Shown: positions 31,000 to 42,677, numbered from the stretch's first letter. The stretch: 64,000 bases of DNA from Candidatus Bathyarchaeota archaeon (GCA_963833125.1 CAWHWX010000016.1:64001-128000), one strand, 5' to 3'. Numbers and translations are program-made. The notes: generated by a model not told the origin, from the sequence alone.

Positions 31000-31502
31000 A
31001 TGACAACCTATGCCCACACAGTCCCCATCTGGAATGAGGATTACTCAGTCACGGTAGTTGTGAAGGATTTACGGAAAACGATGGAAGCATATCACAAGAT
31101 TCTCGGTTGGGGCCCTGGAGTGTCTACGAACATAAACCCCCAATCCTGCACCACCAAGAACTCCATGGAAAATCGGCTAACTATTCCATGCTTGGCGCGG
31201 AAGTCCACTGTGACCCGATCGACTTCGAGATACTGCAACCTTTGGAAGGACCGAGTATCTACAAGGAGTTCTTAGAAGAGAAAGGTGAAGGACTGCATCA
31301 CGTTTCGGTTGTTAGCCCTGCTGAGGATGTTGAAAAAGCACTCGCCGATTTCAAGAAAAACGGCGTTGACGTAATGATGAGCGGAAGGCTAGGTGAGAAC
31401 ATCAGGTTCTACTACATGGATACTGAGCCAGTTTTGAAGATGGTGGCTGAGACCGTCAGTGGTCACGCGATTTCTATGAAGCCCATCTACACCTACCCTT
31501 GA
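31000..31502 (+). CDS. VOC family protein (frameshifted)
   Basis: VVVKDL, GPW, FEILQPLEGPSIY..GEGLHHV and FYYMDT motifs. Confidence 0.85.
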
Positions 31503-31560
31503 CATTCATCCATCGAAAATAGAAGCAAGCGCCGTAACAGACAAGCCCGAGGAGATCGAG

Positions 31561-32262
31561 ATGTCTGATTTCAGCCTACCAGGCGTTGAACAACGAATCA
31601 TTGATGACTTGGCGAGTAAAACGGTTGAAGTAGCTCGTGGATTGTTTGAGAACCACCTAGTAACCTCCACATTCGGTGTCGTGAGCAATCGAATCCCCAA
31701 CACCGACTATTCACTGATTACTCCGAGCGGGTTCAGCAAACTCACACTCAATACCCGCCATCTGATCATCGTAGACCTAGACGCCAAACTTGTTCAAGGA
31801 AATTTCAGGCCATCCGTAGAAACCGCCATGCATACTTACATACACAAGAATCGGCCCGAAATCAGTACGGTGATTCATACGCACTCACCGATGGCCTGCG
31901 CGTTTGCAGCCGCTAACATGGAGATTCCATGTGTGTCAGCGGAACAAGCATTCTACCTTGGAGGCAGAGTACCTCTGGTAAGGAAATATTCACTTCCCGG
32001 CACAACGGAACGTGCGGAGTTAGCGGCGGTCCTCAAGGCGCTCGAGAAATGTGATGCCGCTCTCCTGAGGAAGCATGGAGTCGTTGTTGTCGGAAGGACC
32101 CCCGAAGAAGGGTTGGAGACCGCGATAGTGCTCGAGGACATTGCCAACATGGCCGTCCACTCAATGATTCTTGCGAAACCTAGGGAGTTCACCAGAAAGG
32201 AACTATCCTACTTGAAGGTCTTCAAACGAACGAGGTATGGACAGCATCCTTCTGCAAAATGA
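31561..32262 (+). CDS. Class II aldolase/adducin family (FucA/AraD/MtnB-like)
   Basis: ITPSG, PSVETAMH, HTHS and KHG metal-binding motifs. Confidence 0.9.
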   Translation: MSDFSLPGVEQRIIDDLASKTVEVARGLFENHLVTSTFGVVSNRIPNTDYSLITPSGFSKLTLNTRHLIIVDLDAKLVQGNFRPSVETAMHTYIHKNRPEISTVIHTHSPMACAFAAANMEIPCVSAEQAFYLGGRVPLVRKYSLPGTTERAELAAVLKALEKCDAALLRKHGVVVVGRTPEEGLETAIVLEDIANMAVHSMILAKPREFTRKELSYLKVFKRTRYGQHPSAK

Positions 32263-32287
32263 CCCTTACCCTAGGGCATGAGTCAGT

Positions 32288-33851
32288 TTGAGCAATGACT
32301 ATCTGGCCGCAATAGACGCGGGAACGGGCAGCGGTAGGTGTGTAATCTTTGACTCGGAGGGCACACAAGTTGCGATTGCTTCGAGGGAGTGGTCGCATCC
32401 TACGATCCCGGCGTATCCTGGAGCTTTTGTGTTTGACACCGTGCGCAATTGGAAGCTTATTTGCGAATCAATTCACGAGGCGATTGATAGGGCTAAGATT
32501 CGGCCCGATGAAATTCGTGGCATAAGCGCGACCAGCATGCGTGAGGGCATGGTGCTCTATGATGAGGTTGGCAGTAGAAATCTGGGCCTGCCCGAACGTC
32601 GATTCGCGCGCGAAGAACGAAGTTGTCCAGATGATTAAGAAGGGTCTCGCTAAGAAGATCTACTTCAAGGCTGGGGACTGGCTCGCGATTACCTCGCCTC
32701 CAAGATTCCTTTGGATAAAGAAACACGAGCCAGAGATCTTCAAGAAAACTGCAAAGATGACTATGATTAGCGACTGGATTCTTTACAGGCTGACAGAGAA
32801 ATTTGCTACCGATCCTTCGATTGGCTCAAGCTCAAATCTGTTTCAACTCGAAAAAAGGACTTGGTCGGACGAAATCATCGACTGGTGTTCCCTACCTAGA
32901 AGTATATTTCCGGACGTAAAGGAACCGGGAACAGTGCTAGGAGATGTCACGGCTGAGGCCGCCGCCGAGACAGGTTTCAAACTGGGAACCCCTGTAGTCG
33001 TAGGTGGGGGCGACACTCAGCTCGGTCTTATCGGTATATCCGCCGTTCAACCCTATGATTCCGCCACAATTGGCGGAACGTTCTGGCAACAAACGGTTGT
33101 CACAGACAAACCGATCATAGACCCGAAGATTCGATTGCGCACTCTTTGCCACGCAGTTCAAGGAATGTGGATGACAGAGGGAATAGGGTTCCTATGTGGA
33201 TTGACAATGAGATGGTTTAGGGACGCGTTTTGCGAACGAGAAAAGGAAATTGCGGCTCGGGAAGGAGTTGATGCATACTCTTTGCTGGAAAAAGAGGCCG
33301 AAAAAGCGGGTGCCTGGTTCGAACGGTGTCATCCCAATTTTCTCAGACATAATGAATGCTAGAAGGTGGATTCATGCCTCCCCTTCCTTTGTGCAATTCG
33401 ACATCAACCGACCCGAGGCATCTGGCAAGAAAGAGTGCGTCAGGGCGATTGAAGAGAGCGCGGCTTATGTGGCGTTGGGCCATCTGCAAATATTGCAAGC
33501 TCTCACCCATAGAAAAATGAAACAAGTTGTATTCTGCGGGGGGCATCGAAAGGCTTCCTGTGGCCCCAAATATTATCAGACGTATTTGGTATCACGGTCA
33601 AGGTTCCGATAATCAAGGAATCTACGGCCCTAGGCGCGGCAATTTGCGCGGGAGTGGGCGTCGGGATATTTCGGAACCTGAAAGAGACTGCGAAGAGCAT
33701 GGTCAAATGGGACCGGACCTTCGAGCCCAATCAGACCACCCATAGAGAATACGTGAAATTTTACGGCCGATGGTGCAAAGTGTACAAGAAGTCGTTAGGG
33801 ATGGTTGAAGAAGGTCTGGTGCAGCCGATGTTCAGGGCCGCCGGAACATAG
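32288..33851 (+). CDS. lsrK: Autoinducer-2 kinase (FGGY family; frameshifts ~32570, ~33310, ~33545)
   Basis: LsrK-type strings DAGTGSGR, TSMREG..IWACPNVDSRA, GGGDTQ, GGTFWQQ, GLTMRWFRDAFC, PIFSD..WIHASPSF. Confidence 0.85.
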
Positions 33852-33960
33852 ATCGAAGATCCTAGAATGAAACTCATACGCGAACTTGAAATTGACTTGG
33901 AATACGAAGCGGAGAATGGCTAAAGAACTAGCCTGCAACTATTGACCAGCTGAGAAAGAA

Positions 33961-34980
33961 ATGGCGACCATAACCGAAGTACAAGAAGTACCGCAAAACG
34001 ACTACGCAAAGTACGGCCTAACGAAGGATCTCTTACGTGAAATGCTCAGGAAGATGCTCATTATCAGAAAGTTCGAGGAGAAAGTCGAGGAACTATTCAT
34101 TGTCAAAGGGTTATTGATAGGCCCATCTCACCTGTACCTAGGCCAAGAGGCGATAGCGACAGGCGCAATGATGGCGCTTCAGCCCAACGATTTAACGGTA
34201 ACCACATATCGCGGCCACGGACACGCTCTTGCCAAAGATGTTCCGTCCAACCTCTGCATGGCGGAACTTTTCGGAAAATCAACGGGTAACTGCAAAGGGC
34301 TAGGCGGCTCCATGCACGTTGCAATCTACCCCAAAACGGGTTCCATTTACGCCACGGCTATAGTTGGTAGCGGAATACCCATCACCGCCGGGGTTGGGCT
34401 AGGCCTCAAACAAAAGAAGACAAAGCAGATTGCCGCCACATTCTTCGGCGACGGTGCTTGCAATACTGGCGCGTTCCATGAGGGTGTAAACCTCATCGCC
34501 CTTTGGAAGCTACCGGTTCTACTATTCTGCGAGAACAATCAGTACGGAATGTCCACCAATGTCAAGATGTCAGTTTCAAGCCCAAGCATCGCTGAGAGAG
34601 CCCGCTCCTACGGAATGGAAACGACGGTTGTCAATGGAAATGATGTTGTAGCGGTATACGCCGCAACCAAATCCGCTGCTGAAAAGGCCCGCAGAGACTC
34701 CACCCCAACGTTCCTTGAATGCCTAACTTACAAGATGAAAGGTCACGGAGTCTATGACAAGGGAGAATATCGTCCCAAGGAAGAAGTCGCGAAATGGCTC
34801 GAACGCGATCCTATTCTTACATTCAAGAAACGGCTCCTAGACCAGAAGATCATGACAAAGGCAGAACTTGAACAACTCGACGCGACAACACAACAAGAAA
34901 TCGAGGACTCGGTTAAATTCGCCATGCAAGGTTCACCTTTACCTTTCGACGAGATCGGAAACTACGTTTACGCAAAGTGA
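33961..34980 (+). CDS. TPP-dependent acetoin/2-oxoacid dehydrogenase E1 alpha
   Basis: HLYLGQEA, YRGHGH, GGSMH and GDG..ENN motifs. Confidence 0.92.
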   Translation: MATITEVQEVPQNDYAKYGLTKDLLREMLRKMLIIRKFEEKVEELFIVKGLLIGPSHLYLGQEAIATGAMMALQPNDLTVTTYRGHGHALAKDVPSNLCMAELFGKSTGNCKGLGGSMHVAIYPKTGSIYATAIVGSGIPITAGVGLGLKQKKTKQIAATFFGDGACNTGAFHEGVNLIALWKLPVLLFCENNQYGMSTNVKMSVSSPSIAERARSYGMETTVVNGNDVVAVYAATKSAAEKARRDSTPTFLECLTYKMKGHGVYDKGEYRPKEEVAKWLERDPILTFKKRLLDQKIMTKAELEQLDATTQQEIEDSVKFAMQGSPLPFDEIGNYVYAK

Positions 34981-34985
34981 TACCA

Positions 34986-35964
34986 ATGAAAGAACTCACT
35001 TATGCTGACGCACTCCGTGAAGCGCTGCGCGAAGAAATGATCCGTGATCCGAACGTGATACTTCTCGGGGAAGAAATCGGCGTCTTCAACGGGGTCTACA
35101 AGGTTACTAGAGGTTTGCTCGACGAATTCGGGCCTGAACGTGTTAGGGATACTCCAATCTCAGAAGCAGCCATCACTGGGGCGGCAGTGGGTTTGGCGTT
35201 GGCTGGCATGAGGCCCGTAGCCGAAATCATGTACATGGATTTCCTCCCCATATGCATGGATCAGTTGTCTACCCAAGCTGCAAAAATGCGCTTCATGAGT
35301 GGAGGCCAACTCCAGGTACCCATGGTCTTGAGAACCCAATACAGCCTCGGCCGACAACATGGATCACAGCACTCACAATTCACGCCCGCTTGGTTTCTGC
35401 AGGCACCAGGATTGAAGGTAGCATTGCCCGCTGATCCAAGCGACGCTAAAGGCCTACTGAAGTCAGCAATACGAGATCCCAACCCAGTCCTCTTCGTAGA
35501 GAGTGGCCTACTCTACCGAACCAAAGGACCAGTACCCGAAGAAGAATACCTAACCCCTCTCGGACAAGCAGCCGTGAAGAAGAAGGGGGACGATGTCACA
35601 ATTGTAGGAGTTTCAAGAATGGTTAATGAATCTCTCGCAGCCGCGAAAAAACTTGAAGATAATGGCGTCTCAGCTGAAGTCATAGATGTGAGAACAATCC
35701 AACCGCTCGACCTTGATACAATCGTCGAGTCAGTTAAACGAACTTCCAGGCTGGTTATCGCATCCGATGATGTAAAGAGAGGTGGCGTGGGAGCCGAGAT
35801 CTCAGCCTCAGTCACAGAGGCGGCCTTCGACTACTTAGACGCACCAATTACACGGGTCGCATGCCCGGACATGCCAATACCATTCTCACCCACCCCTCGA
35901 GCAGCAGTATATGCCCAACGCAGCGAGCGTAGTCCAAGCCGTCCAAACCATATTGGGCAAGTGA
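34986..35964 (+). CDS. Acetoin/2-oxoacid dehydrogenase E1 beta (frameshift ~35895)
   Basis: GEEIG, RVRDTPISE, RPVAEIM, QHSQ and LDAPITRV motifs; corrected end ILGK* at 35964. Confidence 0.92.
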
Positions 35965-35970
35965 TTCATC

Positions 35971-37137
35971 TTGACGCAAGTTGTGATGCCGCGTCTCGAT
36001 CCTGGAATGCAATCAGGCAAGATAGTTGAATGGCTGAAGAAGGAGGGCGAGTTGGTTAGAAAAGGCGAGCCCATACTCGTCGTAGAAGGAGAGAAAACCA
36101 CATTCGAAGTTGAAGCTCCAGACAGCGGCCCCTTAACCAAAATTCTAGCGAGCATCGGGACAGATGTCCAAGTTGCCGAACCAATCGCAATCATCGGAGA
36201 AGCCGGATCGGCAACACCCCAATCAGTACCAAACGAGAAAACTGAGCAAGAGCGACCACAGCAACCTTCTGACTGTCCCTGCCTCCGGAACTCCGTCGGA
36301 TCGGGTAATTGCATCTCCCGCAGCACGGCGTTTAGCCCAAGAATACGGCCTCGACCTAACCTCCCTAAAGGGAACTGGCCCAGGTGGCCGAATAACGCGA
36401 GAAGATATCCTCGCAGCAAAACAAAGCACACCAGCATCGCAGTCTACCCAAATCCTCTCAAAGATGCCTCAACCCGCCGTTCTAAAGAGAACGAAACTCG
36501 CAGGGATCAGAAAGGCTGTAGCCGAAAGACTTTCGTTCAGTGCGCGAACAGTCGTCCCAGTCACGATTACCATCGAAGCAGACGCCACGAAACTATTGGC
36601 GATGAAAGAGCAGAGCCACGTTGGGTTCTCAGCTCTCGGAGTAAAAGCAGCTGCAAAAGCATTGGGTGACCATACCGATGTTAACTCAACAATAGAAGGC
36701 GACGAAATTACAAATTACTCTGACGTAAACGTCGCCGTAGCCATACACACCGAACAAGGCCTAGTTGCACCTGTAATCAGGAATGCAAACAAACTATCTC
36801 TGAAGGAGATTAGCTCAACGATTGAAGAGCTCGCCAAGAAAGCTGCCGAGAATCGCCTAACAATTGAGAACTTGACTGGCGGAACATTCACGGTAACCAA
36901 CCTCGGCGCATTCGACGTCGAATCGTTCGCACCCGTCATCAACCCTCCTCAATGCGCAATTCTTGGTCTGGGCCGAATCGCCTACAAACCATTCGCCAAC
37001 GGAAGTCAGGTATCCGCGCTAGACCATCAACCCTACTAACACTAGTTTTCGATCATCGAATTATCGATGGTGTCCCGGCGGCTAAGTTCCTAAGGGACCT
37101 GAAACGTAATCTTGAGGAACCGGAAGGCCTGCTCTAA
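35971..37137 (+). CDS. Dihydrolipoamide acyltransferase E2 (two frameshifts)
   Basis: Lipoyl domain (EGEKT), peripheral-subunit-binding domain (ASPAARRLA..GTGPGGRIT), GGTFTVTNLG and DHRIIDG. Confidence 0.9.
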
Positions 37138-37177
37138 CTCCAACCTTCGATCGACGGATTATCGAGTATCTAGAAGC

Positions 37178-38237
37178 CTACTTTGTTGGCGGACGCAAGG
37201 CTATCTTCAATGCCTTTCCGCTTCCCATCAACTGAAGAGCTTCCTCAGCCCGATCAAGAGGCATCTCGTGGGAGATTAGCGGTTTTATGGATACCCGCCC
37301 CGACACGATCAATCGGAAGGCCCGTTCAACTGAGGAAGGTGTATGGTGGAACGCTCCTTGAACGTGCAATTCGCCATAGTGTATCCTCTCCGCTTCGAAT
37401 GAAGCCATCGTCCCTGACGGGCATCCGCCAAAGAGGAGGATTGTCCCGCCCTTTCGTGCTAGACCCGGAGCCGCGTCCCAAGTTTCACGTCGGCCGACCG
37501 CTTCCACGACCATATCAGCTCCTCTCCCGTCAGTTAGCTCACGGACCCTTGCTACGAGATCCTCAGTTGACGAGTTTATCGTTACATCCACTCCAACTCC
37601 CTTAGCCTCCTTCAACCGGTCTTCCACGAGATCACACAATGCCACCTGACGTGCACCGTTGAGCCGCGCGAGTTGGGCATGTAACAGACCTATCGGGCCA
37701 CCACCGATGATTACGACAGTTGCTCCGGCAGGTAGGTCCTTAGTAAGGTCCCACCGTGAACGACGCAAGCCAAAGGTTCTAGACTGGCCACAGTCTCGAG
37801 TGGCACGCCCTCCGGCACCTGAAATGTATTCTGCCGAACTATTTTTTCTGGAACTCGAATATATTCAGCGTACGTCCCTGGCCAAGTGAACCCAATTATG
37901 CTGTCATTCAAATGCTCGCACAGATTCGGTTGGTGCAAGAGGCAGTAGAAGCATCGATTGCAAGGGGCTGCGTTCGCAGCAACCACTTTCATCCCAACGC
38001 TAAAGTTTGTGACCTCTTTGCCGAGGGCGGAAACGGTTCCGGCGAATTCATGTCCCATTATCTGGGGCGGTTTTGCGAGTAGGTGCCCGCGTTTGTACAT
38101 CTTAACATCTGTGCCGCATGTCAAAGCGACGGCGCTTTTCACAATCAATTCTCCCGGTTCAGGTTCAGGCACAGAGACTGTTCCACTTTGAGATTACCGG
38201 GTTCGTAGAACCTAACTGCGAGCATTGTGTTTGCCAT
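37178..38237 (-). CDS. Zn-dependent alcohol/polyol dehydrogenase (frameshifted)
   Basis: CGTD, GHE, C-x2-C-x2-C-x7-C, EPLAC and GGGPIG motifs. Confidence 0.88.
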
Positions 38238-38308
38238 GAATTGATTCTTAACCTCCTCTGGTTAGTTGATATTTAGCTCCGCTGCAACTGACTGGGCTTC
38301 GCAGTCTC

Positions 38309-39332
38309 TCATTCGTTCTCAACCATTATCTTAACCGCTTCCCCCGCATTCTCCAAGGCGAAGCGGCTATTGTTCGAGCGAGCGGGAACCTGTCCGTAAT
38401 GACCTCTGATGGTCTAACTCGTTTACTCTCGATCAGTTGCATTGCCATTCGCATTTCAGTTTCGGATGTGGAGTAGCTCGACTGAAACCGTACTTCTCGG
38501 AGAAACATCTTACTCATATCCAGTGACATCGTCGTGCCTCGTGTTGGTGCGCCGAACAGAAGGACTGTTCCTCCTTTACGAACCGTGGCAAACGCTGATT
38601 CTAGCGCTTTCAAGTTGGCGGTTGCGACAATCGTGTAATCAACCCCGAGGCCTCCGGTTAATAGGGAAATTGTCTTAGGGGCGTCGTCGGTTGTTGGATC
38701 GAATGATAAATCGGCGCCTAACTTGGTCGCGAAATGTCTACGTTGCTTAATCACATCAATAGCGTATACGGGTCCGGCCCCGAAGCATTTCAGGAGTTGT
38801 ACATGAGTCAGACCAACTGGACCCAGACCATATATCGCGACACTGTTACCCACAGAAACGCCAACCTTACGAAGTGCTCGGATGCAACATGCTGTGGGCT
38901 CTGCCTGTGAGCCTTCCTCGAAACTCATGGAATCAGGCAACTTGTACACCGTTCCCCCGTTCACTAGCGCCTTTGGAACCCTGAAATATTCCGCGAACCG
39001 CAAGGATCGAGATTGCTTTTCGGATATTCTTCGCAAAGCGTTTCGAGGCCGTTCTTGCAAAAGTAGCAGTGGCGGCATGACACATGATGGTGTACGACGA
39101 CTCGGTCGCCGACAGCAAAGTCTTTGATTTGTGTTCCGGCTTTGTGTATTACTCCAGATACCTCATGTCCAAGGATGGGAGGAGTAATGTGTTCTCCATG
39201 AACCTTCTCCACATCAGTCCCGCAGATCCCACACGCTCGCATAGCCACGAGTATCTCGTCGGGATTAATCTCAGGCGTAGGGAGGTTCTGAATCTGAACC
39301 GTTCCATTCTCTTGGATGATTACGGCTTGCAC
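38309..39332 (-). CDS. Zn-dependent alcohol/polyol dehydrogenase (frameshifted)
   Basis: CGICGTD, GHE, HHHVSCRHCYFC, EPTAC and GLGPVG motifs. Confidence 0.88.
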
Positions 39333-39490
39333 CGCTCAACCCTACCAAACATGTTCAAGACTCTAGGGCTGAGTCTTATGAAGTAGGGACATATTTCAGA
39401 GACTCGATTAGCGATTACTGGTATCGAGCAGCCCAAGTAGTTCCACAAGATTCAAGGGTTAGAGGGACAGGTTGCCGAACTCGTTGCGTC

Positions 39491-39583
39491 GGGCTCGTGG
39501 TCCAGCCTGGTTAAGACGTCGCCCTCACATCTCCTAGGTGAGACCGGCGAAGATCCCCGGTTCAAATCCGGGCGGGCCCACCA
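39491..39583 (+). tRNA. tRNA-Val(CAC) with canonical 15-nt intron at 37/38 (39530-39544) and encoded CCA
   Basis: Acceptor stem GGGCTCG/CGGGCCC, anticodon stem TCGCC/GGCGA, T-arm CCCGG-TTCAAAT-CCGGG. BHB has central helix CTCA/TGAG with bulges CAT and ACC. Confidence 0.95.
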
Positions 39584-39705
39584 CCCCACCACTCAAACAT
39601 TTCATCTATCCTAGCCAGCCACGTCGCATTGTGTTCGCCGGATCGGGTAGCCTCTAAATATGAGCAGGCTATGAAACATGAGTAACCGGTCAAGAGGTAA
39701 AACCA

Positions 39706-39984
39706 TTGAAGTCTAACATGAAAATGCTTGTTTACGCCGTTGTGGCGGGTGTCGTACTCACTCTGTTAACCGGCCTAATTGGTAACACCCCCGAGATCGG
39801 GGGTCAGCCGTTGATGGGGGCGGTTTACTTCGGGTATCCATTCGCCTGGTTGGAGATGCTCGTCGTGGCTCCTCAGTATTTCCCATGGGTCGTCCGTCCC
39901 TTGCGATTAATCCTTGACATCGTCGTCTGGACGGTTGTAGTCTGGGTTATCCTCTTCGTCGTGTCGAAGGCTAAGAAGAAGTAA
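39706..39984 (+). CDS. Small membrane protein
   Basis: N- and C-terminal TM helices around a GYPFAW motif. Confidence 0.7.
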   Translation: MKSNMKMLVYAVVAGVVLTLLTGLIGNTPEIGGQPLMGAVYFGYPFAWLEMLVVAPQYFPWVVRPLRLILDIVVWTVVVWVILFVVSKAKKK

Positions 39985-40010
39985 CCGCCAAGCTATGGAT
40001 TCCTTGCAGT

Positions 40011-42677
40011 TCAGCTTAGCTTAAGCTCTGCAAAAACGTTCTCCTGTTCTCTCCGGATGGAGCAGCCAAGTTTTTCGCAGAGTCGGATCATCCTGAGATT
40101 CTCAGCCATCACTGTACCGTAGATCGATTCAATTCCCTTCTCCTTAGCGAATTCAATTAGCATATCGACTAACTTGACACCGAGACCCTTTCCCTGATAT
40201 TTGTCGGCAACCACGACTGCGAATTCTCCCCGTTTCTTATTGGGTTCGAGAATTAATCGGCTCACTCCGATCTCAAAAGTTCGGTTTCCTTCTCGGGTTT
40301 CGGCGATGATTGCCATCTCCCTGTCGTAGTCGATGTTGCAGAAACGGACGAGGGCCTCATGTGGGAGGTCCTTGATTATTTGGAAAAATCTGAATCGGCT
40401 CGTTTCCGTAGACAAGCCTCTTATGAATTCTAACTCTATGGGTTCGTCTTCCGGTTTTATGGGCCTTAGAGTAACTTCGGTCCCATCTTTCATTCTCCAG
40501 GGCATGACATATTTTGACGGGTAAGGAGTGATTACCAGATGGGGGTAGGGTTCGGTATGGTCGAGAGCGCGGGGATCAATAATCATCCTTGCGTCGAGAA
40601 CGGAGAATTCACCCTTGGAGGCGATGAGTGGGTTGATGTCCATCTCAGCGATTTCAGGGAAGTCAACGATTAGATTGGAGAAGCGTACCATGATCTCTTC
40701 GAGGGGTCGTATGTCGACAGGTTTCTTGTTCCGTAGACCTTTCGTAAGTGCTTTGAATATCTTTGTTTCTTCCATGATGCGATGTGCGAGAATCTGATTT
40801 AGCGGCGCGAGTCCGATCGATACATCGTTAATGAGTTCAACTCCTGTCCCGCCCATTCCAAATAGAATCACAGATCCAAAATCCTTGTCCTTTTTCGCGC
40901 CTAGGATGAGTTCGTAGTCGATCTCAGATGCCATTTTTTGCACATAGATACCGTCGATTTTAGCTTCAGGATACGCTTTGTGGGCTCTATCGATAATGGC
41001 CTTGTACGCATCCTTGACCGCTTGAGCTGACTCCATGCGGATAACGACTCCACCAATGTCCGTTTTGTGAAGAATGTCTTCAGACGAGATTTTCAACGCT
41101 ACTGGGTAACCAATGTCTAACGCGATCATTGCCGCTTGGTCTGCACTTTTACTCAACGCGCCCTTCGCTCTCGGGATTGCATAAGCATCGAGGAATCGGT
41201 CAACTTCAGATTGATTGAGGGCTTTTCGCGTCTTCGCTGCCTTGCGAATCAGTACTTTGAGATGGCTCTTTGGCGGAGAGAAGTCCACGCGTAATTCTTG
41301 TGGGGTTTGGTAGAGCTGATCGAGGTTTCTTCGGTATTGGTACATGTACGTGTAGGTCTTTATCGCTTCTTCAGGCGTTGAGTAAGTCGGTATGTCGTTT
41401 CGGTGGAATATTTCGCGACTTTCCCTAACGCTGCTCTCGCCCATCCAGACCGTAAGCATTGGCTTGCGTCTGTCCGCGGCGATTTTCGTAACGGCTTCGG
41501 CGAGCTGCGTGGGTTGAGTCGTTCCTTGGGGAGTGTAGATTACAAGGAGCCCATCAACATTCGGATCCGCAATGCAGGTCTTCACTGCGAGTTCATACCG
41601 AGAGACGTCAGCGTCCCCTAGTATGTCGAGTGGGTTTCCTCGGCTCCAGTATGGAGGAAGGGCTCCATTCAGTATTTTCATGGACTCGTCAGACAATTGC
41701 GCTAATTGGCCACCATGAGTGACAATTGAATCAGCTGCTAAGACCGCGGGTCCTCCGGCGTTGGTGACGATGGCTAAGTTCGGTCCCGCTGGCAGAAACC
41801 TTGAGTCTAGGACGGTGGCGCAATTGAAGAGGTCTCCAATCTCGTCGACCATCACAACGCCGGCTCTCTTGAAGGCGGCCTCGTAGACTGCGAAGTCACC
41901 CGCCAGTGCGCCTGTATGTGATGATGCTGCCTTTGCGCCCGCAGAGTTTCTTCCCGCCTTGATTACAATAATGGGTTTTGTGCGTGCAAAGCCTCTGGCC
42001 GAACTCATGAACTTCTTAGCATTTCCGACGCCTTCCATGTAGATGATGATGCTCCTAGTGTTTGGGTCCTCGCCAAGATAATCGATCATATCCCCATAAT
42101 CGATGTCTAGGGTCGATCCTAGCGAAGCAAAAATGCTGAAGCCTATGCCCGTGCTTACAGCCCAGTTGACTATCGCTGATCCCAATGCTCCGCTCTGTGA
42201 GATGAATGCAATTTGGCCAGGTTGAGGGTTGTCTCGGAGGAATGTGGCATTGAGGGCTACTTGTGGCCTCGCCACTCCCACACAGTTTGGTCCTAGAATC
42301 CGAATGTCGTGCATCGATTGAATTTGCTTAATCTCGCTCTCTAGTTTGGCGCCTTCAGCTCCGATCTCTCGGAACCCGGCCGAAATGATGACGGTGCCGT
42401 CCACGCCAGCTTTCGCGCACTCCGCTACTATGGACGGTACAGTCCTTGCCGGCGTAGCGATTACAGCCAGATCGACGTGTTCTGGTATCTTGGATATCGA
42501 TGGGTAACACTTCAATCCCAAGACGGTATCCTTGTTTATGTTCACTGGGTAGATTTTCCTGCGATCCTTCCCCAATAGTAGGTTTCTCGTCAGAGATTGA
42601 CCGATCGATCCCTCGCTCTCAGAAGCCCCGATTATAGCAACGACTTTGGGGTTCAGCATTTTCTCGATACTGGCCAT
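40011..42677 (-). CDS. Bifunctional NDP-forming acyl-CoA ligase-like / GNAT protein (Pat-type lysine acetyltransferase)
   Basis: CoA-binding AIIGAS, GPNC, SQSG, SHTG, NPLD, ATP-grasp HKTDIGGV, and a C-terminal GNAT domain (YQGKGLG). Confidence 0.9.
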   Translation of the reverse strand: MASIEKMLNPKVVAIIGASESEGSIGQSLTRNLLLGKDRRKIYPVNINKDTVLGLKCYPSISKIPEHVDLAVIATPARTVPSIVAECAKAGVDGTVIISAGFREIGAEGAKLESEIKQIQSMHDIRILGPNCVGVARPQVALNATFLRDNPQPGQIAFISQSGALGSAIVNWAVSTGIGFSIFASLGSTLDIDYGDMIDYLGEDPNTRSIIIYMEGVGNAKKFMSSARGFARTKPIIVIKAGRNSAGAKAASSHTGALAGDFAVYEAAFKRAGVVMVDEIGDLFNCATVLDSRFLPAGPNLAIVTNAGGPAVLAADSIVTHGGQLAQLSDESMKILNGALPPYWSRGNPLDILGDADVSRYELAVKTCIADPNVDGLLVIYTPQGTTQPTQLAEAVTKIAADRRKPMLTVWMGESSVRESREIFHRNDIPTYSTPEEAIKTYTYMYQYRRNLDQLYQTPQELRVDFSPPKSHLKVLIRKAAKTRKALNQSEVDRFLDAYAIPRAKGALSKSADQAAMIALDIGYPVALKISSEDILHKTDIGGVVIRMESAQAVKDAYKAIIDRAHKAYPEAKIDGIYVQKMASEIDYELILGAKKDKDFGSVILFGMGGTGVELINDVSIGLAPLNQILAHRIMEETKIFKALTKGLRNKKPVDIRPLEEIMVRFSNLIVDFPEIAEMDINPLIASKGEFSVLDARMIIDPRALDHTEPYPHLVITPYPSKYVMPWRMKDGTEVTLRPIKPEDEPIELEFIRGLSTETSRFRFFQIIKDLPHEALVRFCNIDYDREMAIIAETREGNRTFEIGVSRLILEPNKKRGEFAVVVADKYQGKGLGVKLVDMLIEFAKEKGIESIYGTVMAENLRMIRLCEKLGCSIRREQENVFAELKLS

